In this document: positions 1 to 9,335 of the stretch, piece by piece | How the letters are laid out: each line of letters opens with the position of its first letter | Numbering within the stretch: position 1 is the first letter of the stretch | Virus record (IMG/VR): IMGVR_UViG_3300037311_000511 | Location: 1 to 26,741 of that record | Direction: 5' to 3' (one strand) | Source of the DNA: a virus | Taxonomy: Duplodnaviria > Caudoviricetes | DNA: 26,741 nucleotides | Position numbers and translations under genes: made by a program | Notes under the pieces: model-generated | Seen by the model: the letters and a program-made list of their open reading frames with translations, nothing else | The model's database searches: none | What the model was told of the DNA's origin: nothing

Positions 1-777
1 TTTATCAGCGTCGATGATATAAGCGAATGCCAATTCCATCGGCGTGTTGTCGGTGGCGGCATCAATCAGGGCAGTATCGGCAAAGCGCACTTCGATATTG
101 CCAGTAAGCGCGGCAATGGTGGGATCCGCGCCGTCGATTTTACCGTCCGAACGGATGGTTTCGATCCGCTCCAGATTATTGGTGTAGGTCAGTTGCGCGC
201 CTGTGACGTTGCCAAGCTGCACACCGTCCTTCTTGATGGAGGCCTGAAACTGATTGAAGCGGGTAAAGGACGCCACGGTCGGCGTGCCACCGCCCGTCGT
301 CGTCGCGTCGCTTTCACCTTGCGCGATACAATTCAGCGTGGCGTTGGCGGCTCCAGAGCGCGTAAAAGCCAGCTGCACGGAATTGACGCGCACGCCAGCC
401 TCCGTAAAGTAAATCGGCACGTCCGGCATGCCGACTTCCAACGCGATGCTGGGCAGGCTCGCCGCGCCGGATGCAAAGGTATGCGTATAAGGCCCCGTGC
501 CAGTGGTCGTCGGCGCGCCAAGAAGCGCTTTCAGCCAATGGCCGAAATTGCGCAGATCAACAGGCACGACCACGTTGCCTTCCACGCGAATGACATCGCG
601 GATGGGTTGCGACGGGTCACGGCCTTGGCCCAGCAGATCGGACGCAATCAAATCCTGTTCAGATCCAAGATCGGATGAGACGAACGGGAATTTGATATAA
701 TTGCCCGATGGCGGTGTGCCATACACCGTTTCGAATTTACCCAATAGCTGGGCATTGGCGCCGTATGCACGAGCCAT
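1..777 (-). CDS. Phage major tail tube protein (partial, runs off the window start; missing from the ORF track)
   Basis: Manual translation from ATG at 777: MARAYGANAQLLGKFETVYGTPPSGNYIKFPFVSSDLGSEQDLIASDLLGQGRDP..., open to position 1. RBS AAGGAGG at about 783-789. Located after the head-tail connector genes. Confidence 0.85.
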   Translation of the reverse strand, partial: MARAYGANAQLLGKFETVYGTPPSGNYIKFPFVSSDLGSEQDLIASDLLGQGRDPSQPIRDVIRVEGNVVVPVDLRNFGHWLKALLGAPTTTGTGPYTHTFASGAASLPSIALEVGMPDVPIYFTEAGVRVNSVQLAFTRSGAANATLNCIAQGESDATTTGGGTPTVASFTRFNQFQASIKKDGVQLGNVTGAQLTYTNNLERIETIRSDGKIDGADPTIAALTGNIEVRFADTALIDAATDNTPMELAFAYIIDADK

Positions 778-805
778 GTTTACCTCCTTTGGTTTAAGTT
801 AAAAT

Positions 806-1234
806 TCAGCCGAGCGGATCGGCTGTGACGTAGATAATTTCGAGCGGGATGATCGCGCCCTTGATTTGCGGAGATCCTTCGACGGCCAGCACGTTGGTAT
901 CCGGCGCTTGCGGCGTGATGCGGTCGCAAAGTCCGCCAAGCGTTCGGTCGCCCGCAATGGCGAGTGAAATCTTGCGAAACAATCCGTCGAGGGCGAGATC
1001 GCGCGTGGCTTGATCACCTTTTTGCACAACAGCTTCGACAAGCGCGCGGTGCTGCCAGTAATACGAAACTGGCGAAAGCAATGTTTCAGGATCACCTGGG
1101 TCGCCGTCACGGAATATAATCAAACCGCCGTCTGGTATCTTTTCCGGCAGGGCTTCATTGCGTAGCACCTTGGCATCGCTGATCGTTTGCAGGCGCGCGA
1201 ACAACGCCTGCAGGATGGCTTCTCTTTCAGTCAT
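806..1234 (-). CDS. Putative tail terminator/completion protein (family often mis-annotated as acyl-CoA transferase)
   Basis: 142 aa MTEREAILQALFARL...RDGDPGDPETLLSP; lies immediately upstream of the tail tube gene; ATGA overlap with the upstream gene. Confidence 0.7.
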   Translation of the reverse strand: MTEREAILQALFARLQTISDAKVLRNEALPEKIPDGGLIIFRDGDPGDPETLLSPVSYYWQHRALVEAVVQKGDQATRDLALDGLFRKISLAIAGDRTLGGLCDRITPQAPDTNVLAVEGSPQIKGAIIPLEIIYVTADPLG

Positions 1235-1878
1235 ACTTTTTCCTTTTCATCCGGCCAGCTGCCCACGACGAGTTTCGGCAGACGGTCGATCCATTTCTGT
1301 GCAACGCTGTCGATGTCGAAGCGTTTCTTTAATGTGGCCTGCGGAACAAGGATGAACATGACAACGGTGGTAAGACCGCGTCCTGTTTTCTTCGCTCGGT
1401 TGCTTGCAACGCGCGCTTTGCCTTTGCTGGTGACGCGAAAATCATCAACGACCAGCAATCCCACGCGCCGCGCACCTTTCGGCGGAACGTAGCGAAGCAG
1501 TATGCCTGCTTCAGCAAAATCGGCAGGCGAGAGTTTTTTATTTTCACGCCGCGTAACGTATTGCGTGGGGATTGCCAAAAACCTTCCGCGCTTGCTGCGG
1601 ATGGTCGTCCCGTAAGCAAAAGCGCCAATAATTTCCGGCGCTTTCGTGTAGATAAATCCTGCGGCGTTGATGCTCATGCCGCCCTTGGGGTAAAGATCGC
1701 CGCGCCAGCTTTTGGCCAGACGTTCTCCCAATCCCGCACCCGTCACCTGACCGCGCAGTTCGTTCTTAAGGCCATCGGTTGCCTGTTTAACGCCGCTGCT
1801 GACGGCCTGTTCGGCAGCTTTGACCTCAGCCGCCATCATGGCTTTCAGGTTTCCCTGTATGGCGGCTATCAATCTCAT
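1231..1878 (-). CDS. DUF6441-like putative tail completion/neck protein
   Basis: Start revised to ATG 1878 (MRLIAAIQGNLKAMMAAE), which overlaps the upstream stop as ATGA. Basic protein at the lambda gpZ-like position. Confidence 0.7.
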   Translation of the reverse strand: MRLIAAIQGNLKAMMAAEVKAAEQAVSSGVKQATDGLKNELRGQVTGAGLGERLAKSWRGDLYPKGGMSINAAGFIYTKAPEIIGAFAYGTTIRSKRGRFLAIPTQYVTRRENKKLSPADFAEAGILLRYVPPKGARRVGLLVVDDFRVTSKGKARVASNRAKKTGRGLTTVVMFILVPQATLKKRFDIDSVAQKWIDRLPKLVVGSWPDEKEKV

Positions 1879-2186
1879 GCTGGCCTCACATCGAGCGTCC
1901 ACACGAGGCGCTCACGGTCGGATTTGGGTTCGGATTGCACGACATAGGTAATGCCGTCGCAAACAATCTGGTCGCTCACGGCTGGCTCCGGAACGTCCAG
2001 GCTGCGCACGTCGAACAGGACAGTCGACACATGCAACTGCCCATCGCCGAAACCCACCACCGTATCCGGCTGTTTGGAGATCACCCGCACGGGAAAGGAT
2101 GCGGATGTGCCAACAGGCAGATAGGTGGCGGGCTTGCTCAATACCGGATCGGTGAAGAGCTGGTCGATCATGCCGGAAAAGGCCAC
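1875..2186 (-). CDS. Head-tail joining (head closure, gpFII-like) protein
   Basis: 103 aa beta-rich protein directly downstream of the capsid gene, ending DRERLVWTLDVRPA. Confidence 0.75.
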   Translation of the reverse strand: MAFSGMIDQLFTDPVLSKPATYLPVGTSASFPVRVISKQPDTVVGFGDGQLHVSTVLFDVRSLDVPEPAVSDQIVCDGITYVVQSEPKSDRERLVWTLDVRPA

Positions 2187-2190
2187 GGGA

Positions 2191-3207
2191 TTAAGTCCGT
2201 TTGCCTTTGATCAGCGTTTTCGGACGAGTACAGATAGGCAGCGGGTTCGACTGCGTGTGCAGTTTGACCCAGCGACCGAACTCCTGATCCGTGGCCTGCT
2301 TGGCGTAGCGGGGCAGACCGAGGGTATTCACTGTTTCAACAAAGTCTGCGGGCGCGTTGTATTGACGGAACAGCCCTGGTACGCCAACAGGGAAGAAGTG
2401 AGCCTTGTTTGTATCGGTATAATCTACTGTACCAACACGACCGCGATATTCTTCGAATACGATCCCAGCGTATTCAAAAGAGCCACGTGCCATGCCTTGG
2501 CGAAGGAACATACCGTCCAGATAACGGTTATAAGCATCTTTGACTTCTGGATGGGTCACGATGTCATCGAAGAAGGCTGAACCGCAGAACGCATGAATGT
2601 GGTCATAAGGTTGCGCACCGAGTTCGTCTTCAATTTTTCGTTTGACATCGTGACACTTCTTCTTGACTGCTCCTTCAAGTGGTGTCGCATTATCAAGATC
2701 AAAATCGATCTCAGTATATTGCGAAACACCGAACTCGTTGAATAGATCATAAAGAATGGTCGATCCATCTGCGTCAAGGATCTGACCCTTGATAGCGCCG
2801 ACACGCAAGTGTTCAAGCGTGGCATCGTGCTTTCTTGCCATCTCCGCGAGACGAAACTGGACGGTTTGTTGGATACCCTCCAATTGGCTTTCAGATCCAA
2901 AAGCGCGGAGGTTTTGGATTTCATCCGCAAGGATCGTATCTTCAAGCGCAACGTGAGGCACGATAAACGACCGTGCTTTTCGCTTGTTTTTGGTATTTTG
3001 TGCTGCAGGCGAGCCGCGAGAACTGGTCTCGATCAGATTGAGACTGCCTTCGCGTTCTTCGATCATCACCGACGTAGTGACGATCCCTGTTTCGTCAAAA
3101 AGGCCAAGTTGACCAATTCGTCCTGGAACGAAAGGGACTTTGTTAATGGCGTCCGTCAATGAAATGACGGAAAACGCCGAGTTACCGAAAATATCGAGTG
3201 TAGGCAT
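2191..3207 (-). CDS. Major capsid protein (lambda gpE-like family)
   Basis: 338 aa, MPTLDIF...SLTDAINKVPFVPGRIGQLGLF...HTQSNPLPICTRP; follows the decoration gene; RBS AAGGAG upstream. Confidence 0.92.
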   Translation of the reverse strand: MPTLDIFGNSAFSVISLTDAINKVPFVPGRIGQLGLFDETGIVTTSVMIEEREGSLNLIETSSRGSPAAQNTKNKRKARSFIVPHVALEDTILADEIQNLRAFGSESQLEGIQQTVQFRLAEMARKHDATLEHLRVGAIKGQILDADGSTILYDLFNEFGVSQYTEIDFDLDNATPLEGAVKKKCHDVKRKIEDELGAQPYDHIHAFCGSAFFDDIVTHPEVKDAYNRYLDGMFLRQGMARGSFEYAGIVFEEYRGRVGTVDYTDTNKAHFFPVGVPGLFRQYNAPADFVETVNTLGLPRYAKQATDQEFGRWVKLHTQSNPLPICTRPKTLIKGKRT

Positions 3208-3219
3208 TTGTGTTTCTCC

Positions 3220-3861
3220 TTATCGTGCGACGATGTCGTGGGTTTTAAGCTGCGTGAGACCAGCAGCTTTTTGGTTTGCGTCCGCGCCGGAGAACCAGAT
3301 CAGCTCTGCGGCGTTGACTTCGGCATGGCGGGCGATGACAACACCGTCCTGATCGCCGCCCGTGGCATTCACGGCATCGAGCAGGATCGCCACGGCGGTT
3401 TGTGAACCATCCGTGTTGGCGGGGTTGTATTCCTTGTATTTGCCGGAGCCAGCCGCGACCGTGATCGTGAAACGGTCGCCCGCCACAAAGTCGGTTGCGC
3501 CATCGGCGATGCTGAAATTGACAGGCCCAGCAAAGGGCGTGCCGACGACAGCCGTACCGACAATCAAGCCGTCCGGATCCTCGACCGTAAACGTGCCGCC
3601 GTTTGAGGCAGGCTCGATACAGATGGCCGTGTAGACGCCGGATTTGGCGGTGTTGCCCGCAGAGACCGCGCTGATCGCGCCGTTTCCGGTATTACCCGAT
3701 ACGGCTGCGCCCGTTGCGGTGCCAACGGCGACTTTGCCCAGCACATGGCCAGGTTGGAGGTTTTGGCCGGACAATACCGTCACGGCATCACGCGATAGCG
3801 TGCCGTTGGCTTCCGTCACCAGATATTCGGCCTTGTGTTGGCCTTCAGTCAGTTCAGGCAT
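3220..3861 (-). CDS. Head decoration protein (gpD-like) with an internal inserted domain
   Basis: N-terminal SRDAVTVLSGQNLQPGHVLGKV and C-terminal GSQTAVAILL...ARHAEVNAAELIW are typical of this family; located between protease and capsid. Confidence 0.85.
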   Translation of the reverse strand: MPELTEGQHKAEYLVTEANGTLSRDAVTVLSGQNLQPGHVLGKVAVGTATGAAVSGNTGNGAISAVSAGNTAKSGVYTAICIEPASNGGTFTVEDPDGLIVGTAVVGTPFAGPVNFSIADGATDFVAGDRFTITVAAGSGKYKEYNPANTDGSQTAVAILLDAVNATGGDQDGVVIARHAEVNAAELIWFSGADANQKAAGLTQLKTHDIVAR

Positions 3862-3864
3862 GGG

Positions 3865-4218
3865 TTAGTTTCCTTTCTTGTTGCGTGCCGCGTAGATCGC
3901 CGCCGTGTCGATCTTCGGTTCCGCGTTGGAGGGGGGAGTGTTGGCGGGGCTTTGACCAGCGATGGCCGTGGCATCTGCTTTGGACGCGCGCGCTTCCAGC
4001 AGCGCCTTGCGCACCTCGGCGGCAGGAACCGCTTTGGCGATAAAGGCGGCAGCTTTGTCGGCCATGCCGCTGAGCTGACACAGCTCGGTGACTTCGGCGA
4101 CATAGGCCAGCGCTTCGGCCTGGGCTTCTTCTTTCAGATCGGCCTTCAAGGCTGCGAGGTCGGGAATGGATTCCATTTCAGGATCCATGTCCTCGATGGG
4201 TTGTGTATTTTCCGGCAT
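3865..4218 (-). CDS. Nested in-frame scaffolding protein (Nu3-like), 117 aa
   Basis: Internal AAGGAG (4225-4230) 6 nt before an in-frame ATG at 4218 (MPENTQPIEDMDPEME...). Acidic, Ala-rich, helical sequence. Confidence 0.7.
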   Translation of the reverse strand: MPENTQPIEDMDPEMESIPDLAALKADLKEEAQAEALAYVAEVTELCQLSGMADKAAAFIAKAVPAAEVRKALLEARASKADATAIAGQSPANTPPSNAEPKIDTAAIYAARNKKGN

Positions 4219-5079
4219 GCGTAACTCCTTTTTCAGATTTCGAATTGAGGTTGATGATGGGCGGGCGACTTTTTTGGAAAGATCGGACAAGGCGTCGCCC
4301 ATCGTCCCAATCCGGTCGGCAAGATTTGCGGCAATCGCTTGATCGCCGAAATACAAGGCCGCCTCTGTCGCCTTGATGGCGGCAAGATCGATGCCGCGCA
4401 TGCGCGCGACCGTGGTTGCGAAAAGCTCGTAGATCCGATCCACTTCCGCCTGCAGTTGCGCGCGGGCTGGATCGGTCAAAGGTTCATGTGGCGAAAGATC
4501 GTTCTTGCGCGCGCCAGCAAAGATCGCGGTGTATTTCAAACCCGCGTCCTCTTCGGCCTGGCTTTGATCAAGATGCACGGCGATCACGCCAATGGATCCA
4601 GCACCGCCCGTGCGGGAGAGATAGATACGATCAGCTGCTGCCGCGATGGCATAGGCTGCGGAAAAAGCCTCATCGTTGGCGACAGCCCAGATCGGCTTCA
4701 CCTTGCGCGCGGAGAAAATCTTATCGGCCAGATCAAAAACGCCGCCAGCTTCACCGCCTGGACTATCGATATCAAGCATGATCGCCTTGACGCTGTTGTC
4801 TTTCAGCGCCGCTTCCAGCTGATCTTCGATAGTGCCGTAACTGGTCAGGCCACTTTGCGCTTCAAGACCGACTGTCCGGCGCACTAGAGTGCCGACGATG
4901 GGAATAATGGCGATGCCGTTCGTGATCTGGTAATCCCGCGTGACGGGACTTGCACCGAACGGCAGAGCATTTCCCTGCAGGCGCGGCATCAGCACACCAA
5001 GGATGGTGTCCAATTTAGCGCGCGCGATCAAAAGGGGCGCGTCGAACACGCGCCCTGCGATATGTGGCAAGATTGTCAT
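3865..5079 (-). CDS. S49-family prohead protease (lambda gpC-like) with C-terminal scaffold
   Basis: S49/ClpP-like motifs LDIDSPGGE, AFSAAYAIA and GSIGVI; follows the portal gene. Confidence 0.92.
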   Translation of the reverse strand: MTILPHIAGRVFDAPLLIARAKLDTILGVLMPRLQGNALPFGASPVTRDYQITNGIAIIPIVGTLVRRTVGLEAQSGLTSYGTIEDQLEAALKDNSVKAIMLDIDSPGGEAGGVFDLADKIFSARKVKPIWAVANDEAFSAAYAIAAAADRIYLSRTGGAGSIGVIAVHLDQSQAEEDAGLKYTAIFAGARKNDLSPHEPLTDPARAQLQAEVDRIYELFATTVARMRGIDLAAIKATEAALYFGDQAIAANLADRIGTMGDALSDLSKKVARPSSTSIRNLKKELRMPENTQPIEDMDPEMESIPDLAALKADLKEEAQAEALAYVAEVTELCQLSGMADKAAAFIAKAVPAAEVRKALLEARASKADATAIAGQSPANTPPSNAEPKIDTAAIYAARNKKGN

Positions 5080-6587
5080 TGGTTTCCTTCGCCGTCTTTG
5101 TCGGAGGGTTTGTTTTTCTCTTCGTCGTCCTGGGTTGGCGGCTCCGGTTGTTGTGCGGGCTGCTGCTCAGGTTTTCCAAGTCGAATGCCAAGCACGTCCG
5201 CACGCTGCTGATCGGCGGCGATGCGGCGATAGGTTTCGTCGACGTCGTAACCCTCGGCCTCGATGATGTCGCTCGGCGCTTTCCAACCGCATTCCTGCGC
5301 GATCTTCTCGGCTTGGCGATCTTTGAGCGGATCGACCCATTCCCATTTCGGCGTGATCCATTTGACCGCCGCATATTTCGCGGGGTCGTTTGCAAATCCT
5401 GGCAATGTGAGCGCGCCTGAAAGTGCCGCCGTTTCCATCCAACGTTTCCAGACGGGACGGCACAGTTGATAGATCAACGTGGCGTGCTGGAATTGATCAA
5501 TGCGCCGCCGGAACTCGACCGTTCCTGCGCGGATGCTGGAATAATTCGCTGCCTTCAGGTCGCCTGTGACGTTGGTGTAAGGAACACCAAGGGCAGCGGC
5601 GATAGCCAGCAAAGTGCGGTACTGAAACATTTCATAGGAGCCACCCACATCGGCAGGCGATGAAAACTTGATGTCCTCGCCAGGCAGAAGCACTTGCATC
5701 GTTCCTGGGGAAAGGCCCGCGACCGTGCTTCCTGTTGTGTCTGGCGTGCCTTCGCCCAGCAAATTATCTTCCGGCGCGTTCTTGGTGATGAAGCCAGCAA
5801 ACAACGCGGCTACTTTCTTGCGATCCAGTTCCGCATCGTCATATTGATCGAGCAGATATAATTTTACGAGCGCGGGCGAGATCCACGGCACACCACGGAT
5901 CTGACCTGGGCGCTGCGGGCGGTAAAGGTGCAAAATTTCACTGGCAGGAACGCGGACGATCTCGCCTTTGCCGCTCCGGTCGGTATTGTCGCCAGGATGT
6001 TTGCGGTAAAAATGGTAGGCAACACGCCGACCGATCTTGTCGAATTCAATACCGCAGCGGATCTGGTTGCCGTTGCCATCGGTTTCATTTTTATTGAACG
6101 GCAAATGCTCGGCTTCCAAAAGCTGCAACTGCAAAGGCACGATTAGACCGTCCTCGCTGCGGCGGGGACGGAAACGCACGAAGCATTCTCCGGCTTCGAA
6201 CATGGCGCGCGCGGCCAAAGCCTGCAGGCCATAGAAATCCGTCAACCCATCCGCATCAGCTTCGTCTGTCCATGCCAGCCAGACGCGCTGTACTTCGTCT
6301 TTCAGCACGGTTTCGGCGATCAGGCTGGACGGTACGATGCCGGCACCCACGGAATTAGCCACGAAACTATCGGCGGCGTTTGACGCATAGGGATTGGAGC
6401 GCACGATCTGTCGTGCGCGGGCGCGAAGCAAATCGCCGCCCGATGCCAGCAAGGAGTTGATGTTATCCTGCGTAGCCTTCCATGCGATCAAACGCCGCTG
6501 CTGCATCGCGCCTTCAAAGGCGGATGCGGAGAAGCGTCCGGTCGCGGCGAATTTCATCGCCGCGCTGATACGGGAAAAGATGTTCAC
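5076..6587 (-). CDS. Phage portal protein, lambda family
   Basis: 503 aa; LRARARQIVRSNPYA, RPGQIRGVPW, TGDLKAANYSSIRAG, WEWVDPLKD; GTG start. Confidence 0.93.
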   Translation of the reverse strand: MNIFSRISAAMKFAATGRFSASAFEGAMQQRRLIAWKATQDNINSLLASGGDLLRARARQIVRSNPYASNAADSFVANSVGAGIVPSSLIAETVLKDEVQRVWLAWTDEADADGLTDFYGLQALAARAMFEAGECFVRFRPRRSEDGLIVPLQLQLLEAEHLPFNKNETDGNGNQIRCGIEFDKIGRRVAYHFYRKHPGDNTDRSGKGEIVRVPASEILHLYRPQRPGQIRGVPWISPALVKLYLLDQYDDAELDRKKVAALFAGFITKNAPEDNLLGEGTPDTTGSTVAGLSPGTMQVLLPGEDIKFSSPADVGGSYEMFQYRTLLAIAAALGVPYTNVTGDLKAANYSSIRAGTVEFRRRIDQFQHATLIYQLCRPVWKRWMETAALSGALTLPGFANDPAKYAAVKWITPKWEWVDPLKDRQAEKIAQECGWKAPSDIIEAEGYDVDETYRRIAADQQRADVLGIRLGKPEQQPAQQPEPPTQDDEEKNKPSDKDGEGNQ

Positions 6588-6794
6588 TTAAAGATCCTTG
6601 TCGGCGTAGATTTTGATTTGTCGCGTTTGCGGTTTCCCGCTATCGCGGGCAAGAGCGCCTTCGACTTCATTGAGGGCGGCTTTCAATTCAGCCATCGAAC
6701 GGTATTCGACATTCTTCCCGTCATAGGACAGGCGCAGAACTCCGCTCACGATTGCCTGTTTCAAGGCATCGCGTTGTGCTGTCGTGTAGGTCAT
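6588..6794 (-). CDS. gpW-like head-tail joining protein
   Basis: 68 aa between terL and portal; VEYRSMAELKAAL motif. Confidence 0.85.
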   Translation of the reverse strand: MTYTTAQRDALKQAIVSGVLRLSYDGKNVEYRSMAELKAALNEVEGALARDSGKPQTRQIKIYADKDL

Positions 6795-8683
6795 AAATAA
6801 TTGCTCCTGATAACGCGGCGCTCCGAGGCGGTCTGCGTCTGTTTTTTGATCTCTGTCGTTTCACTTTGCGGCTGTACGGCGCTTCCCAGCGCGCGTTCCA
6901 GCCTTTGCCATGTGGTATCGCCAAAACGGTCGATGCCGAGCGCAGAGGCCGCAGCGCGCGCGTAAACGCGGCAATCCAAGGCTTCGTTGCGTTCACGCAG
7001 CTTGCGCCACTCCCGATGCGGGAAGCCGCGCCTGTCCTTGACCGTCACCAATCGCTCGGCGGTCAACTGCTTAAAGTATTCCTCTCCGTATTTTGGAAAG
7101 TGGCAAAACCCAGGTGGATGATTTTCACCATCCTTCAATTGTTCGTCGGTCGGCTTGTCTTTACGCAGGCAGCCGTATAATTCCGATTTGCAGAACGACG
7201 ATCCGACAGGCCAGACCAGCAGGCCGCGCCGTTTACGTTTGCCCTGCGTGGTCACATCCAAGTGGTTCGGCGTACCGATGGCCGCGCCCAGACGTTCCAC
7301 GCCTTTGACGGCGATCACGCGATCCGATTGCTGACGACGAATCCAGTCGTAAACCTCCTGCGTCGCATAACCTGTATCGATGGCCAGCCGCATAATCCCC
7401 AGCTCGGTATGTCCGGCATGGGTGAAGGTTTCGGCCAGCACGGCATCAAGCTGCCGCCAGACCTCCGGCTTAACCGGATCGCCCTGCAGCACGCGAAAAT
7501 CAATTGACCAGCTTTCACGGTCGCGGCCCCACGCCACGATCTCCAGCTCAATTCGGTCTTTCTGTACGTCGACGCCTGCCGTAAGGAACAATCCTCCTTC
7601 CGGCACTTCACCGATGCGATAATCTTCGCGGCGATCATAAAGCCGCTGCCATTCCGGCGCTTCACCGGACTCCGTCCAAGTGCGCGCCTCGATGGTGTTG
7701 ACGTAAACCTTCATCGCGGCATCGTCTTTCGCCGCGACTTTGCGTTCTGCGATCTGCGCCCATGACAGCCACGGGCTGTTGAGGCCGGACAGATGAAATC
7801 CTGCCGCTTTGCTTTCGCCTGGAGCATCGGCGCGCCATTCGCCACGGCTGTTCATCCAGCCTTTGCGGTGGCTGGGAATACCCACGCCGCAATGCACGCA
7901 GTAATACGCCGCCGATTCAGGTTGATCCTTCGGCCATTGCAGCCGTTTTTCTTCCAGCACCTGATGCTCGTTGCATTCGGGGCATGGCACCCACCAGCGG
8001 CGACGATCTGACGCTTCATATTCAAGTTCGATCCGGCTGAAGCCTTGGATCGTCGGCGTCGAAACCAGAAAGATTTTCCGGTTGGCGAACGTGATCGTGC
8101 GCTGGCTGGCCAAGCTGACCGGATCGCCTTCGCCGTCCACGTCGAAATCGTAAGCATCCACCTCGTCAAGAAAGAGGTAGCGCACTGGCATCGAGCGCAG
8201 ACCAACCGCGCTGTTGGCTCCGGTCATCACCAGAATACCGCCAGGAAACTCTTTACTTTGCACCGTGTTGCCGCTGTCGCGGGAGCGTGCTTCCTTCACG
8301 CGATCCCGCAGCACGGGGGTGCTGTCGATCAGCGAAGCGACACGCTGCTTTGACCAGCGCTTCGCCATTTCCACGGTCGGTTGCACTGCCAGCATCGGCC
8401 CTGGTGAATGGTGGATGACGTAGCCGATCCAGTTGTTACCAGCTTCGGTGCCGCCGATCTGCGCGCCCTTCATGAAGATGACTTTCTCTACGGGTGACGA
8501 CGGCGACAGGCAATCCATGATCTCGCGCATGTAGGGCGTGCGCTCGGTGCGCCACGGCCCAGGTTCACCGGAGGCGGTCTGGGACAGAAAGCGATGCGCA
8601 TCCGCCCATTCCGATACCGACAAACGCGGGTCGGGCCGCAGCGCCAACGCGGCGTGCGTCAAACATTCCTGCAATGCTTCCAT
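6791..8683 (-). CDS. Terminase large subunit (lambda gpA family)
   Basis: Walker A KGAQIGGTE, Walker B YLFLDEVD, STPT motif, nuclease LTAGVDVQ, RNEALDCRVYA. Confidence 0.95.
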   Translation of the reverse strand: MEALQECLTHAALALRPDPRLSVSEWADAHRFLSQTASGEPGPWRTERTPYMREIMDCLSPSSPVEKVIFMKGAQIGGTEAGNNWIGYVIHHSPGPMLAVQPTVEMAKRWSKQRVASLIDSTPVLRDRVKEARSRDSGNTVQSKEFPGGILVMTGANSAVGLRSMPVRYLFLDEVDAYDFDVDGEGDPVSLASQRTITFANRKIFLVSTPTIQGFSRIELEYEASDRRRWWVPCPECNEHQVLEEKRLQWPKDQPESAAYYCVHCGVGIPSHRKGWMNSRGEWRADAPGESKAAGFHLSGLNSPWLSWAQIAERKVAAKDDAAMKVYVNTIEARTWTESGEAPEWQRLYDRREDYRIGEVPEGGLFLTAGVDVQKDRIELEIVAWGRDRESWSIDFRVLQGDPVKPEVWRQLDAVLAETFTHAGHTELGIMRLAIDTGYATQEVYDWIRRQQSDRVIAVKGVERLGAAIGTPNHLDVTTQGKRKRRGLLVWPVGSSFCKSELYGCLRKDKPTDEQLKDGENHPPGFCHFPKYGEEYFKQLTAERLVTVKDRRGFPHREWRKLRERNEALDCRVYARAAASALGIDRFGDTTWQRLERALGSAVQPQSETTEIKKQTQTASERRVIRSNYL

Positions 8684-8685
8684 GA

Positions 8686-9225
8686 TCAGCCGCTCGGCAA
8701 ATTAGTGATGGCGTCCGAAGCGTCGTCGAGGATCTTACGCAATTCCTCGTCAAGCATATCGCGGACGGTTTTCGGGTCAGTCTCTGCCGCCAACATTGGC
8801 GCGAGACGGTCGGGCAAGTTCAGCGCGCGGTCGCGTAAAACGCGCAGCACGTTAAACCAAAAAACCTTGATGCTGTCGGTGCGCACCAGCGCTCCGGACT
8901 TTTCTTCATACGCGAGTTTCGCAAGGCGCGCGTTGTAGGCCTCCTTGATCGCGCGGCTTTGCGCGAAGCTGGGGCCGCTGTTGACGATGGGCGGGCCAAC
9001 GTGTGCCTCCGCATCCGTATGGTTGCGCTGTTGTTCGCTTGGCTTTGCAGCCTTTCGCTGTTGCGCCTGGTTCGTATTGCGCGTCCATGCGGCATCTGCT
9101 TTCTCCGAATCGATGGTGCCGTCCGGCTCCTTTTCGATGCGGCCTGCTTTGATGGCCTTTAACACTGCGACATGGCTCACGCCACGATGGCGCGCATAAG
9201 CGGTAATCGATAATCCGTTGCTCAA
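8686..9225 (-). CDS. Putative terminase small subunit (Nu1-like)
   Basis: N-terminal HTH SITAYARHRGVSHVAVLKAIKAGRI and helical C-terminus; directly upstream of terL; TTG start is uncertain. Confidence 0.8.
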   Translation of the reverse strand: MSNGLSITAYARHRGVSHVAVLKAIKAGRIEKEPDGTIDSEKADAAWTRNTNQAQQRKAAKPSEQQRNHTDAEAHVGPPIVNSGPSFAQSRAIKEAYNARLAKLAYEEKSGALVRTDSIKVFWFNVLRVLRDRALNLPDRLAPMLAAETDPKTVRDMLDEELRKILDDASDAITNLPSG

Positions 9226-9287
9226 AGTGCATCATTCCATGATCCGTTATGGCCGATTAAGGCCATTTGATTGCTCACAATTGACTG

Positions 9288-9316
9288 GATAAGCGCGGCG
9301 AATGAAGCGTTCATGG
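9288..9316 (+). promoter_or_regulatory. Repeated promoter/operator motif GATAA-N6-CGAATGAAGCGTTCATGG, copy 1
   Basis: 18-bp core identical to 10117-10134; contains the palindrome ATGAA-gcg-TTCAT; 19 nt before the DUF3489 start. Confidence 0.65.
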
Positions 9317-9335
9317 TGAAGAAAGGAGAACGCTT

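Noticed and set aside
193-700. ORF-track calls at 193-678, 314-538, 333-521 and 497-700
   Set aside because: Shadow frames of the tail tube gene (777 to <1, - strand), which the track missed because it has no stop codon in the window.
806-1234. Acyl-CoA transferase (metabolic cargo) label commonly given to this family
   Set aside because: Only 142 aa, no CoA-transferase motifs, and located at the tail-terminator position.
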